From the NCBI GenBank assembly GCA_013265495.1, contig MU058221.1:1550001-1614000 (forward strand): a DNA stretch of 64,000 bases, written 5' to 3'. Source of the stretch: Vicugna vicugna (lineage: Eukaryota). The translations under genes and the position numbers were made by a program. Below, piece by piece: positions 12,231-25,798 of this stretch. The notes below the pieces were generated by a model. It was given only the letters and a program-made list of their open reading frames with translations, was not told where the DNA came from and did not search any database. Within the stretch, counting starts at the first letter, position 1, and every line of letters starts with the position of its first letter.

Positions 12231-12576
12231 ATAGCTGTTCCTTAAAAGAGAGTCCAGGATGTACTATTTCAGTTGCTCAGGCCAAACTTTCTGTCGCCAT
12301 CTCTCTCAGATCCCGCTCCTAATCCTTCGGCAAAGACTGGTGGCTCCACTGGCGCAGCAGGTCCGCGGTCGGATTACATCTCATTGCGTCTGCTGCTCCC
12401 CTCCGGCCCAGCCATCGTCTCCAACACAGGCTGCTGCGGTAGCCTCCTCGTGGGTCTCCTTGCTTCTAGCAATGCCTCTCTCTCAAAAAGTATACAATCG
12501 AAGTCACATTTAAAAGACTCGAGTCAAATCCGTAAGTCAGATCACATATCCTAAGGGAAACCCTCACATGGAGAGT

Positions 12577-12765
12577 CAGCGTGGAATTTAGAAGGTGAGA
12601 CGAGGGTTGCTTGGAACCAGACTGAGTTCGAATCCCAGGTCTACTCCTTGCCTCTGTGAGGAACTGGGCATGCTCAATGGTTTACTGCACCTTAGTTTGC
12701 TCGTTTGTAAAATGGAGGAAATAACAGCATTTCTGGGGGTTGTCGTGAGGGTTGAGTATATAGGA
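12577..12765 (+). mobile_element. MIR SINE
   Basis: B box gttcgaatcc (12626-12635) and core cttagtttgctcgtttgtaaaatggaggaaataacag. Confidence 0.8.
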
Positions 12766-13224
12766 GCACAGCAGTGCCGCCAGGATTGGGCGCCTCAGCC
12801 GTGAGCCACCACTATCACGATGTCCGCCTCTGTCACAGGACCACAGCCCCCTCCTTACACTGGACGTAGGGGGGACACTGGTACAGTTACATGCATCACG
12901 TCTTTTCCTAACACTTCAAGATGTGTGCATCTAGATCTCGTTTTGACATGTGACATAAAAGGGAGAGTTATTACTTTGTTTTCCGTGATTAAATTTAGCT
13001 GTGGCCATCTGGCATGTTGAGATTTATCTTCAACTAGAAGCAGAGAGTCTAAGTTCTCATTTTAGCTTGACTATAACTGGTTACAACTCTGGGCAAGCTA
13101 CGAAACCTGAATTACCTCATTTATAAAAAGAAAATTCTAAAAGCTTGAACTGGAATGCCCCTTAGGCATCTCTCAATGATCGCTCTGAAAACAAAAAAGT
13201 TGAAGTCCTTCTGAAACTTGGATT

Positions 13225-14932
13225 AACATACCTCATTTGACTGTGCTTTGCTTTATTGCATTTTGCAGATACTACATTTTTTTACACATAGAATATTTGT
13301 GGCAACCCTGTGTCGAGCAAAACCTATCAGCGCCATTTTTCCCAACAGAATTTGCTCACTTTGTGTCTCTGTGCCACATTTTGGTAATTTTTGCAGTATT
13401 TCAAAGTTTTCCATTGTTATTTTTTTATGGTGATGCTTGTAATTGTTTTGGGGCACCACAAACTGAGTCCATACAAAACAGCAAACTTAATCAACAAGTG
13501 TCGTCTGTGTTCCTCCTGACCAGCCGCTCCCCTGTCTCTCTCCCTCTCCTCGGGTCCCCCTCTTCCCTGAGACACAGCGATACTGAAGTCAGGCCAAGCA
13601 ATAATTCTACAATCGCCTTTAAGTGTTTGAGTGAAAGGAGGAGCCTCACATCCCTCACTTTAATTCAAAAGCTAGAAGTGACCAAGCTTGGTGAGGAAGG
13701 CAGGCTGAAGGCGAGGCAGGCTGAAAGCTGAGGCCCTTTGTCTCAGACAAATTGCCGAGTTGTGAAGGCAACGGGAAAGCTCTCAGGGAATCAAGAGTGC
13801 TGCTCCAGTGAACACACAGATGATGAGACAGTGAGACAGCCTTGTTGCTGATTTGGAGAAAGTTTTCGTGGTCTGGATAGTAGCTCAAACCAGCCACCAC
13901 ATTCCCTTAAGCCAAAGCCTAATCCAGAGCAAGGCCCTAACTCTCTTCAATCCTGTGAGGGCTGGGGGAGGTGAGGGGGCTGCAGAAGGGAAGTCTGAAG
14001 CTAGCAGACATTGGTTCATAAGGGCTGAGGAAAGAAGCCATCTCCATAACACAGAAGTGCAAGGGGAAAAGGCAAGTGTTGTTGTAGGAGGTGCAGCAAG
14101 GTATCGAGGAGATCTCGCTAAGATAATGAAGGTGGCCACACTAGACAGCAGATTTCCAACCTAGACAAGAGAGCCTTGGGTTAGAAGAAGGTGCCAAATG
14201 GTCTTTTCATAGCTAGAGAGGAGAAGTCAATGCCTGGCTGCAGAGCCTCAAAGGACAGGTTGCCTCTCTTCTTAGGGGTTAATACAGTTGGTGACTTTAA
14301 GCTTGAGCCAATGCACACTTACAATTCTGAAAATCCTAAGATCTTAAAGAATTATGCTAAATCCACTCTGCCTGCTCTATAAATGGAACAGCAAAGCCTG
14401 GACATGTGTTTATGATACAGTTTATGAAATACTTTAAGCCCACCGTTGAGCCCTACTGCTCAGAAACAAAACTCAGATTTCCAATTTCAAAGTATAATGC
14501 TCATTGCCAACGTCCCTGGTCCCTCAAGAGCTCTGGTGGAGACGGATAATGTGATGAATGTTATCTTCATGCCTGCTAACACAGCATCATCCTTTCAGCT
14601 GGCAGATCAGGAATTAATTTTGACTTTCAAGTGTTACCATTTAAGACATAAATTGTGTTAATCTATGTAACTGGCATAGATGGTGAGGGATTTGTCTGCT
14701 GGATCTGGGCAAAGTCAACTGAAAACCCTCTGGAAAGGACTAACCATTCTAGATGTCGTGAAGAACATTTATGATTCATGGAAAGAGGCCAAAATACTAA
14801 CATTTACAGGAATTTAGAAGAAGTTTATTCCAGCCTTCCTGGATGACCTTGAGGAGTTCAAGACTTCCATGCAGGAAGTAACTGCAGACTTGGTAGAAAT
14901 AGCAAGAGAACTAGAATTGGAAGTAGAGCTGA
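13225..14932 (+). mobile_element. Tigger1 DNA transposon, 3'-truncated, with decayed transposase
   Basis: 5' end catacctcat...tttgtggcaaccctgtgtcgagcaa. Broken frames give SERRSLTSLTLIQKLEV (HTH), [45 protein letters not shown] and EVTADLVEIARELELEVE. Confidence 0.95.
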
Positions 14933-15084
14933 TCCCTCCAGTCAGGTGGTCTGTGGGCAACCCTGCAAAGATTCCCGGAAGCCAGGAGGTTGCGGAAGCA
15001 GCCAAGTGCCTCCCATGCCATCAAAAAATGGCCCTGAGGGAACTTCTGCATCTAAGGTGATGTTGTGATTAGAAGAGGGCATGT

Positions 15085-15205
15085 GAATGTGGATTCCACA
15101 AGGACAGGAACTTTATTTTTCTTTTATTTCTCCAGCTTCTAGAACATGTCCAGCACATAGTGGATGCTCACTTAACATTTACCACATTATAAACAAATGA
15201 ATAAA
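15085..15205 (+). mobile_element. L2 3' end relic
   Basis: ccacaaggacagg...cagcacatagtggatgctca...aatgaataaa. Confidence 0.6.
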
Positions 15206-16014
15206 CGTGGGCAAGAACTAGCTATGCCTCATGGTAACCTGATGGAGCAAAGGCCAGCAAGAAGGTAGGCCTGGCAGTGCATTGCTCCTGGCACATTCTT
15301 GAGGACTAGTTTCTCCCATCATCTTGTGTCCACATTTGCTTTGATGTTCTAACACCACATGCTCACCAAGGAACTCAGGTATAACCTCAAAAAAATTACG
15401 GAGATTAAGTTTTTGCTTTCCTTCCAGAATGAGGTTTCATACTAGAAAGTAGCCCATTTATTCCTCAACAATTATTCATTGGCCCCTCTTATGTGCCGGA
15501 CTGTTCTGGGCTTAGGGATATGTCAGTAAACCAAAGCGGAGTTGTAGAAACAGAAGCCTACACTTCTCGTGCATAAGTAATGTTTTTTTATCTTTATTAC
15601 AGGTCAGATATTATTAAATGTATTATAAGTAATAACTCAAGAGATTCTGTGGTAGAAATTGCAAGTGTTTTATGCATGAGAAACCTGAAACACAGAAAAG
15701 TTAAATCTTTAGTGCAAGGTCACAAAAATTGAAAGGGTAGACTCATGAGTTGAACCTAAGGCATTCTGGCTCAAAGTTCATGCTCATGACTAGAGGTTTG
15801 TGAGCTGAGGCTTATGTATATTTTTTTACATCCTGATGTGGAGAAATCGCACTCCTCAAAAGCACGTCTCTAACTAGGACCTCTTGCTTGGGCCCCGCCT
15901 TCCTGCATCCAAACGCTCCCTGGGTATCTCCACATGGGTGCTCCACAGGTACCCCAAACTCAGTTTACATAATCAAAACATTCTTTTAGGCACACCGTAT
16001 AAAACCAGTCACGA

Positions 16015-16340
16015 GACAAATGAGCTTATTTACAAAACAGAAACAGACTTGTAGACATAGACAACAGACTTGTGGTTACCAGGAGGAAAAGGGGGTGGGC
16101 AGCGTGGAGGGCTTTGGGGATTTGCAGACACCAACTACTACGTGTGAAATAGATAAACAGCAGCTTCCCACTGTGTAGCCCAGGGAACTGTATTCAACAC
16201 CTTGTAATAGCCTTTAACGAAAAAGAATATGAAAAGGAATATATATATACATAATATATTTATAACCGAATCACTACGCTGGACACCAGAAATTAACACA
16301 GCATTGTAAACTGACTATACTTCAACTGAAAAAGAAAATT
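16015..16340 (+). mobile_element. L1 3'UTR (artiodactyl/camelid type)
   Basis: acaaatgagcttatttacaaaacagaaacagac...cattgtaaactgactatacttcaa. Confidence 0.9.
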
Positions 16341-17289
16341 ACGAATTTAAAACCATAGGCGTTAAGGAAATAAAAATTAAAAAAAAAAACAATCATGACA
16401 TGAATCCAGTTTGTTGCTGTGGATTCGTCTCTCATCCCTTGCCTCTTCAGTCCCACTAAATTGATTGGGATCCACCAGATGTACATTCTGCACCTTTGCA
16501 AGCGATTGGCCTTATTAACTAAATCCTTCGTAATTCCTTCCTCATCAGGATAATCCAGTTCACTGTTGTGATCTCAGTGTGGATATCATTTTCTCTGAGA
16601 TTTTTTTTAATTTTCCAAACTCATCTAAATACCAGTTCTGGGCCTATTAATATTTATTCATCCATCTTCTCCTCAAGATCATCCTTTCCTTGTGGTCTGG
16701 GGCTGCGTCTTGGGAACTGTGTATCCTTATTTCCCAGCACAATGCCTGCTACATAGGAGAAGTGCAATTAAAAAAAAAAAAGCTAAGTGAAGGAAAAATA
16801 ATTACATTAATTTAGTCCTGCTGGGGAATGAGAAAGCAATAAACGGATTCAAATATGGGGCAGAAACCATTTTTAAAGCAAAATTCGGCACAAGGGGACT
16901 GAAATTAGAATGAAGATGTGGTCATAAGTCTTACTCTAACTGGACCAGATTAACAGCATCCTCACTTTCCATCAGCTAAACATGACGCAGCAGCCACAGC
17001 TACCTCTCCTCTGAAACTGAAAAATAAGACAGTTTCCACTGCATCATTTCACGGCATTAACACATGTCAATAGTCGGGAACATCAGCCTATGAAGGAGCC
17101 AGCAAGGTTGGTCAGATTAAAGCACTTATAGGCAAGCTTTGAAGCAAGAGGAGAGTCGAACGCAAAACATTCGTTAGTAGCATGATTCTGGCCAGCCAGG
17201 AGCATAGAGGGCGATTAGATCTGCGTCCTTTATGCTGAAGAACAAGGACCATATAAGGACGCAGAACAGGATGCAGTCTCCTTTCAGGA

Positions 17290-17430
17290 TATTAGGGATG
17301 CGGTTCCGGCTCTGGAACTCTCTAGCCATAGGACCATAGCTAAGTCGTTTTATCTTCCTCATCTTTCAGTTTGGAATAACAATGTCTCTTCTTTCAATTG
17401 CCTGGGACATTGCGAGGCTTGAGTGAGAGA
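17290..17430 (+). mobile_element. MIR relic
   Basis: tcttcctcatctttcagtttggaataacaatg...gaggcttgagtgaga. Confidence 0.5.
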
Positions 17431-19635
17431 AAGACAGATCCAAGCTGTGCCCATGCATGTGGTGGCACGGTTTCTCCTGCTTAAAGGCCTCACCGCCAAG
17501 TGACCTCCAGTGAAGTCAAAGTTACCCCCCTGTAAAGTGTGCTTTAGAGATCTGAGAGGTCAGTGCATCAGTTTCAGTTGGCGATGATGGGTGGGGCAGG
17601 CCACTGAAGTTAAATGTACAGCGGACACGGATGCTCAGCACCCTGCAATGAGGAGGAAAATCCAGCATAGTAAAGAATTTTCTATGCTATGGCCAATTAC
17701 AAGTAATGAAAATTTTTCCAGCCTATGGCGACACTTTATAATGCCTTGATGTAAGTGAAAAATTTGTTTATGGTAAACACAGGAACCTCTGAAAGTGTTT
17801 GTTCCCTGCATGAGCATGCCTGGCCGTGAGGCCATGTAAGGTCAAGTCCAGCCACGCAGCGTGCCCTGGCTCAGGGCTGCACAGATGTAAACATCCTGGA
17901 GAAGGAAGGGTTGTCTTAACTATTCACTGAAAGGTGCATGCAATCTATCTCTGTTGTGTGTATAGTTAATATTTTTGGCTCTGTCTTAATATACGTGAAT
18001 TTTTAGAAAGGCAACTACCATATAACTCTAGGGGGATATTGTACTTTGGTTTTTGAAAATATTCTTTCACCGTTTCAGACAGTCATGGCGCCATGATAAC
18101 TATGAGCATGGTATTGGGGGTGCCCAGGCCTGTGTCAGTTCATCTCGCTCCTACTTCCCTTGTGTGCGTGTATAGGCACACTCTGCTGAACAAAATTTCT
18201 GAATTGTAATGGTCCCCCAGTTAAGTTTTATTTTCTTGTTTCTTCTTTTGCTACCTCAAATATTTACTCAAAATAATACCAAGACAAATGCTTTCCGATC
18301 TCATTGCCATCAGTTAGAAACAAATTTTTTGTTCCGCCAAAGAGGTGGAATGTATGTCAGATCGTACTGGAGTTGAGTGGATTTCAGGAAAATTAATATG
18401 AAAACACATGCTCTGCCAGAGCCTTGGCAAACAGCATAACATTCGCCTAGAGGTAAACATTCCGCAATTACTATTCCAAGGATGCTGCCAGTCTAGAGAA
18501 AGTAACTTGGCTTTTGTATTCTGAGAGAAACTATGTTTATTCTAAAAAGATCACTAAAAATAATTTTATGAGGTATCCTTAAAGTAACTACAAAACACTA
18601 TTTTTAAGACAATTCAAAATATTAGGAAGAGAAGATTCACACATAATAAAGCATGCCATAAATGCTTTGGTTTCCTGTGTGTAATATATAGGAGGAATAA
18701 TTCCAATTACATAAAATTTTAAACAAAATTACTAGTGGGCTAAAAAGAAGAAAAGAAGTTCACGTTCTGTTGGTTAGAGACAATCTTTCTATTTCTCCGA
18801 AGCCTCTCCCAGGAGGCCCCGCAGCCCAGCGAAGGGGTGTGTTCACCTAGAACACGGTGCTACGTTACTATGCAAGATACACTGCAGCCATGCAGAAAAT
18901 CAGCATCTAAATTCACCTGGGGACGTTAGAGAGGAAATTTCCGTTGGATTTTAATGCTATTATAAAAGGTTCCTGGAGAGAGAAAGCCTCAGCATAGCAA
19001 AGAGCGCGGGAGAATAACCTGGAGCCACAGCAAAGTTAACACACATCAAAAATTCCAGTTCATAGTTCGTCCTGGTAGTATTAACAATTTAAAAAAGCAA
19101 TTAGTTTCAAGACGTATCAAACACACCCCAAGTTCCCCGCGTTCCACGCACTGCACACTGAAGGCAAAAGCCATACCTCACAGAAAATGAGGAGGAAAGT
19201 GATACGGACTTTACCGAAGACGCTTACAAGCAGGAGTTTAGCAAAGCAGAAGGAACAGTCCCCAAGACTGGCGTCATGCGGAGGCCAGGGCTGCTGGGTG
19301 CATTTGGGGCTATTTCCAGGAGGAGGCCCGGGAGGCACACAGGAAGACGTGGGGTGTCTGGGCTGGGGAGGGCCGTGGCCCACCCATGCTGGCACGGCAC
19401 CTGATGACCTTGTGTGAAAAGAACATCGAGCATCGTGATCTCTGCTCCCTCTGGAGAGACAGTGAGCCGGGAGTCCCAGCTAGCGTGATGCCGGGAACTC
19501 TTGACTGAGCTGCTGACACCAAGCATCCATTATTTCACTTAATGATTACAATACCCGATTTATAATTAAGAAAAAGTTTCAAGTTCCAGCTGTGCCATTT
19601 GTCATCTTGAACATTCTATTAAGTCTGAGTTTTCT

Positions 19636-19927
19636 TTTTTTTTTTACATTTTTTATTGATTCATAATCATTTTACAGTGTTGTGTCAAATTCCAGTGTTC
19701 AGCACAATTTTTCAGTCATTCATGGACATATACACACTCATTGTCACATTTTTTTCTCTGTGATTTATCATAACATTTTGTGTACATTTCCCTGTGCTAT
19801 ACAGTGTAATCTTGTTTATCTATTCTACAATTTTGAAATCCCAGTCTATCCCTTCCCACCCTCTACCCCACCCCACCCCGGTAACCACAAGTCTGTATTC
19901 TCTGTCCATGAGTCTATTTCTGTCCTG
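19636..19927 (-). mobile_element. Young L1 3' end with 16-bp TSD, inserted in a MIR
   Basis: TSD taagtctgagttttct at 19620-19635 and 19928-19943; poly-T tail; MIR core on both sides. Confidence 0.95.
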
Positions 19928-21496
19928 TAAGTCTGAGTTTTCTTATCTATGAAATAGGAATATTACTATGTACATCATGGCCTTAATTTGATTATATTAA
20001 ATTTATGTTAAATTGATTTGTATTGAAATAGATATTAGATCACTTTTTTAAATTGAGGTGTGCTCTGTTACTTACTTCCCCCTCATCCACCCAGAGATAC
20101 AGTGTCCCCGTGCATGTACCTTCTAACCGTGAGGATTTCCAGGTAAGATTTCTGATGGAGTATGGCAAATGGAATTTAATCATAATACAGAAATTTGGGG
20201 AGGATAAGGAAGAGAACATTTCTGTGTCTCATTTTATCTTCAGAGAAGAACCAGGGGAAGAATTTTAAAAGGCTGCAGTGACATGGAACAGTGCATATTT
20301 TTCTAACCTCCAAGGTGTGCAAAGATAATTGATATGAATAGAACATTAGAGGGCTTTGAGCTACTGAGGCTGAGCCACAGGGAGCTAATCACGCTGTGGT
20401 TTTAGAAGGACTGTAATGCCCAACAGAAAACCTGCCAGATGCTGACGACTGTGATGTTTGGATCTCCCAAAGCTGGTGGCGGAAAATAAAGCAATCGTCT
20501 TGGAAAATGAGATAAAAGACCCAGGCCTGTGGGATGCTGATAAGCACGGTGGCTATCTGTGTCCAGGGATTTGGATTCCTTAAGGTTTTTATTACAAACT
20601 GGAGACTTAACGTTTCTTAGATTATTGGTTTTGTTTTTGTTTTTTCCAGTTAGTTAAACCTCTTTTCTAAACTTAGGTAGGAGGATTCCAAGTAGCAAAA
20701 TTGAGCTGAAAAAGATTTCCCTTCCAATAGTGAGAAATGATTCATAGCATATGATGCAAAACCGGTTGAAGTGCTACCAAGGTTCCTGCTGGAGTTTAAT
20801 TATTTGTCCAAGTCCAACTCGTATCACTCTCATGCGAAGTGCAAAAGGAAAGGTTCTCTGAAAATCCTGTGAAAGTCTTCAGGGCTGGCTTGAGCTACTG
20901 TTAGCTCAAAATTGGTCAAAGTTCACAGAAAGGGGAAATAAGGCTCAGCTTCATGAGCTCACTTTAAGAGAACGGCATGCCTTTTACATTACTTTTGACT
21001 TATTTTACACACGTGGAAATGCAGCAGCCTTCGAGTGTGGAAAGATGCACCTTCAGAGCCGGCATTGTGTGATTAAGTGTGGAGCCATTCCTGCCTGCAA
21101 GTATAAAGAGAAATTCCTGAGATCAAGCCAGTTGACATGGAACTGCGTATGTAACTGCTTTCTCTTCTCCACTGTCATAAAATGAAACCCTGGTGATTAT
21201 GTGATGGCGTCTCGTAGGCACTTCTGTTTTGCTCACTCTCTTTGCCTTTGCTTCCTCCTTCTGCATTTCCCCTCTCCTCTCAGAAACTGGCCATTGTAGA
21301 CCTCACCCGAACAGAGAGCCTGCTGGGAATAAGTTAGTCTCTTAGTCATAGCGGCCAGCAGGTGTGCTTCAAAGAGGTTTCTGCAATATTCATTTAGGGT
21401 AGTAATGGAACATTTTTAAGTGCATAGGTTAAAGTTATCCATTTACTCATATAAACTCAAACATGTACAGACCTATATTTAAATTTTGCTTATATT

Positions 21497-21844
21497 AAAT
21501 ATACCACATGAGATCGCTCATCTGTGGAATCCAAAAAAACCAAACAAACAAAGCATAAATACAAAACAGGAATAGACTCACAGACATAGGATATAAACTT
21601 GTGGTTGCCAAGGGGGCGGACGGTGGGAAGAGATAGACTGGGATTTCAAAATTGTAGAATAGATAAACAAGATTGTACTGTGTGGCACAGGGGAATTTAC
21701 ACAAGATCTTATGGGAGTTCACAGAGAAAAAAAATGTGACAATGAATATATGTATGTTCATGTATGACTGAAAAACTGCTCTACACTGGAATTTGACACA
21801 ACATTGTAAAATGATTATAAATCAATAAAAAATGTTTTAAAAAA
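21497..21844 (+). mobile_element. Young L1 3' end
   Basis: atgagatcgctcatctgtggaatc...aaatgattataaatcaataaaaaatg. Confidence 0.92.
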
Positions 21845-22333
21845 TCGAATGATAAGCTCTGTATTGTTTCACACCTATTTCAAAGGCTTTCAAGTCTGAG
21901 CATTTTATCATTGCATTAGATGTTTCATCAAAACAATAGGATTTTCATTAATTTATTTATAAAAGTATTCACCTTAAAGGAGAACACTTACAAATAAACA
22001 TTATAAATTAAAAACCTCCACAGCACCTCAGTCCCACCACATGGAAATAAAAGTGGGTGCCTGTCTGTTTCATATACCTTCAGTCATTTACATGCCTAGC
22101 TGTATAAATATATGGACATAGAAATATGTACACATTTTGTATTCCAAAAATGAGATAATGCCATAAGATTCACGATATCTTCATTTAAACAACATATAAT
22201 GGCCAATATCCTGTGGTTAAAATTTTCCTTCTAACTCTTGATTTCAATGATATTTCTTTATAACACAGAGTTATAGTTCATTAAATCAAACATCTATTGT
22301 TAGACATTTTCTATTGTTATTTTAAAATTATTT

Positions 22334-22736
22334 GTTGGGTTTGTTTTACATTTTTTATTGATTCATAATCATTTTACAGTGTTGTGTCAAATTCCAGTGT
22401 TCAGCACAATTTTTCAGTCATTCATGGACATATACACACTCATTGTCACATTTTTTTCTCTGTGATTTATCATAACATTTTGTGTATATTTCCCTGTGCT
22501 ATACAGTGTAATCTTGTTTATCTATTCTACAATTTTGAAATCCCAGTCTATCCCTTCCCACCTTACACCCCCCTGGTAACCACAAGTCTGTATTCTCTGT
22601 CTGTGAGTCTATTTCTGTCCTGTATTTATGCTTTGTTTTTGTTTGTTTGTTTGTTTTTGTTTTTTAGATTCCACATATGAGCGATCTCATATGGTATTTT
22701 TCTTTCTCTTTCTGGCTTACTTCACTTAGAATGACA
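22334..22736 (-). mobile_element. Young L1 3' end with imperfect 18-bp TSD
   Basis: gttattttaaaattattt (22316-22333) and gttattttgaagttattt (22737-22754); body near-identical to the 19636 and 11082 copies. Confidence 0.93.
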
Positions 22737-22979
22737 GTTATTTTGAAGTTATTTACACATATATGTGTGTATGGACGTGTATGTATTTGTCTGCCTCTCT
22801 GATTGTTTTGCAATATAGTTGTAAAGGAGTTACTTGAATCAATACTTCATTCTTTATTAAATTACTTTTATAAGATTCGTGAGATCTGAGAGGCCGAGTG
22901 TCCTTCACTCATTTTTCTCTCCAGAGAAAAGCTCATTCTGCCCTTTGGCACTTTTCGCACAGGGGAGAATTAACTTACC

Positions 22980-24600
22980 AACTTGCATGAAGACTTCTGA
23001 GGGATTGTGACTGAAATCACATTAAACTTGGAGAGAATAAATGTCTTTATCATACTGAGACTTCCTAAGCGTTAAGGTGGTAAATCTCTCCATTAGTTTT
23101 ATCTTTTAAAATCTTTCAATAACGTTTAATAAATGTTCCACATTAAGTCTCACACCATGTATTATTATGTTTACTCCAATTTGCTGTATAACTTTTATAA
23201 CTACTAAATTTATGTTATTTGTTGGTAAAGAGCAAATTTGCTGAATTTTATGATTCAGTTTAAAAATTAGTACGCATACTTTTAAGCTCTGTGTACAGCA
23301 AATCGTATCATTTGCTATTAAATGAGTTTAATCCTTTTCATTCTGTCTTTTCTTTATCCTTTATTTTCTTTTCTGAAGGATGCAAACCCTCTAGTATATT
23401 TTTAAATAAAATCAATTTTAACAGGCATCCTCTCTCATTCCTGATTTTAGTGGAAATACTTGAACATTTCACTCATAACTATGGTGCTTTTGGAGAATTT
23501 GATATTTACAGTTCCCTTCCCCAGTGATCTGTAATGTCAGCCCTGTCATATCTAACTCCCATTCCTGTGTGGATCTGTTTCTTGTTTCACAATGTTATTC
23601 CACTGATCTATTCGTCTATCACTGTGACAATACCAAACTGTGTAATTACAAGTCTATCATTAGAACTGTTGCTGTTAATGGACCCAGTTTCGGTGTATTC
23701 ATCTTCAGAATTATCTTGGCTTATCTGAGAACTCTCCTCTTTCACATGAATCTTAAAATCACTTTTTATTTTCATGAAATTCTTTGTTTCATTTTGATCA
23801 TTTTGAACATTGCATTGACTTTATAGGAAAATTAGAATTACCAATTCTCATTAAAATAGCAGTATTTCCTATGTGTGATTATATTACAATATTCCATTTC
23901 TTTGAGAATATTTTGTAGGTTTCAGCAATGCTTTGAAATCTGCCCTTCCTATCCCCCTCATTTCTTCTCCCCCAACTGCACAACTGAGCGCCAACATCTA
24001 GTCTTGTTGCTGATTCTTTACACTCGTTTTCATACCAAGTGGAATATTTGCTATTATTTGATGCTAGATTCATTTTACTGCATTAAGAACATCTATGTTG
24101 CCAATTCTTAGTGTAATTCAGAGAGTAAAAATAAGAAGGACATTTACCGAAATAATGCATTTTATCAGCTGTAAGACATACACCTCCTTTTTTTTCCCAT
24201 TTTGAACCATCTTTAAAATTAGGACGCATGACATAGCAATTTTGGTTAAAGTACTGTGTCCTCCTTTAACTAGTACGTATATTTATTTAAATCATGAATT
24301 AGGGTCACATTTTACTGAATATATTGACTGAATCAATTTGAATTTCCATGTATTTTGATATGTTTAACTGTGGGGAGTTATATTGATAAATTCTGTCATT
24401 TTATCCATCCTTGCATTCCCAGAACAAACTTCACTAACCATGATATACACATGTACAGCACTCACAACTGAGTGTACACAAATGAACTACGTTGATTATA
24501 TGTAACATAGTTCTATAATTAATTTGTGATAGTATTTTTGTTATTTTGCACCTACATTCATACTACAGTGCACGTCTTTCTTTCTCATTCTAGCCTTCTC
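22980..24600 (-). mobile_element. Patchwork of ancient L1M fragments
   Basis: Antisense ORF2-like motifs (ttggagagaataaatgtctttatcatactgagacttcc; ccatccttgcattcccagaacaaac). Confidence 0.6.
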
Positions 24601-24612
24601 TAGTTTGAGTGT

Positions 24613-25136
24613 TGAAGCTGGCAAAATAATCTCTCTCCTCAAAGACGCTCGCGTTTTAATCCCCAAAACATACGCGTATGTTATGTTGCATGGCAAGGGA
24701 GAACTGAGGCTGCAGGCGGAATTAGGTTTGCTAATCAGCTGACTTTAACATAGGGAAATTATCCTGAATTATCCAGGTGGGCCCAATGTAATCACAGGAT
24801 GTTTAAAACATGCAAGAGGGAGGTGAAAGAGTCACTACTGAAGTGATGTCACCTGAGAAAGAGTCAACCTCACATCGCAGGCTTTGAAGAGGGAGGGGTC
24901 CAGAGGCCAAGAAATGTGAGCAGCTTCCAGAAGCTGGAAGACGCAAGAAAATGGACTCTTTCTTGGTGCCTCTATTAAAGGAACGTGGGGTCACTAACAT
25001 CTTGATTTTAGTCCAGTGAGACTCGATCCAAAATTCTGACTTCCAGAACTGTAAGCTGCTAAATTTGTCTTGCTTGAAGCCACTAAGTCTGTAGTAATTT
25101 GAAACTAATAGGAATAGGAATTAGGAAACAGATACA
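24613..25136 (+). mobile_element. MLT1D-like MaLR LTR
   Basis: ggaattaggtttgctaatcagctgact...ggtgggcccaatgtaatcaca...ttccagaactgtaag...aaacagataca; 5-bp near-TSD agtgt/ggtgt. Confidence 0.9.
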
Positions 25137-25164
25137 GGTGTAATTATTATTTTAGCTTTTACAA

Positions 25165-25356
25165 CACTGCGATGTTCCGCTGAACCTAAGATAGCATTCA
25201 ATTGTAGGGTGCACCATTATTTTATTAGTATTAAAAATAAAATCATGTCAGTTAAGCTCTGACAGACGGCTTTCTTATCACATTAACTCTGAGATGCATC
25301 GTGCTTTCAGAAATGTTAACATGTGAATAAAAGTGAACCTTAGAATATTTAATGCA
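25165..25356. mobile_element. MER104-like Tc2/mariner non-autonomous element (related fragment at about 24160-24235)
   Basis: gatgcatcgtgctttcagaaatgttaacatgtgaataaaagtgaaccttagaat matches the recalled MER104 terminus. Confidence 0.55.
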
Positions 25357-25760
25357 GCCATTGTGCAGCTTTCCTTCTTTTTTATTCCCTAAATCAGTTT
25401 GCATGAAAAGAGATTATCAACTTCTTTAAGATTTGATAAACTGGCTTCTGAAGCAAGCAGTGTCATTTGGAGGAGGGCATCTGTTTGCTTTTATTAATTA
25501 AGCTTATCAAAGTTTTGAATTTTTCTTCATCAAGATTTTGGATATTCTTGTATGTATGCAGTTATGAGAGTATGCTTACAAATATATGCATATGTAGTAA
25601 TATTAATAGTGATTTCATAATTTGTCAACTATCCTCATAATAGAGGTTAACCTTCGCTTCTGTGTGCATTTTTGTGACTCTTCTAACTGCCTTTTTCTTT
25701 ACTGCTTTACCTGGCAGATGGCTATTTTTATCTTGCCTGACTAGTCAGTGTGTTTTACTT

Positions 25761-25798
25761 AGAAGCTGAGCAAAAAAAAAAAGAAAAGAAGCTGAGCA
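25761..25798 (+). mobile_element. Solitary poly(A) insertion with 12-bp TSD
   Basis: agaagctgagca at 25761-25772 and 25787-25798 flanks a 14-bp A-tract; tt|agaa L1-endonuclease-like site. Confidence 0.8.

Noticed and set aside
13237..15060. ORFs resembling TIGD1/CENP-B-like domesticated transposase
   Set aside because: Split over many frames by stops and frameshifts and truncated at the 3' end; an ordinary decayed Tigger1.
19682..22680. Near-identical short ORFs (MSNSSVQHNFSVIH...) suggesting a gene family
   Set aside because: Antisense translations of young L1 3'UTR copies.
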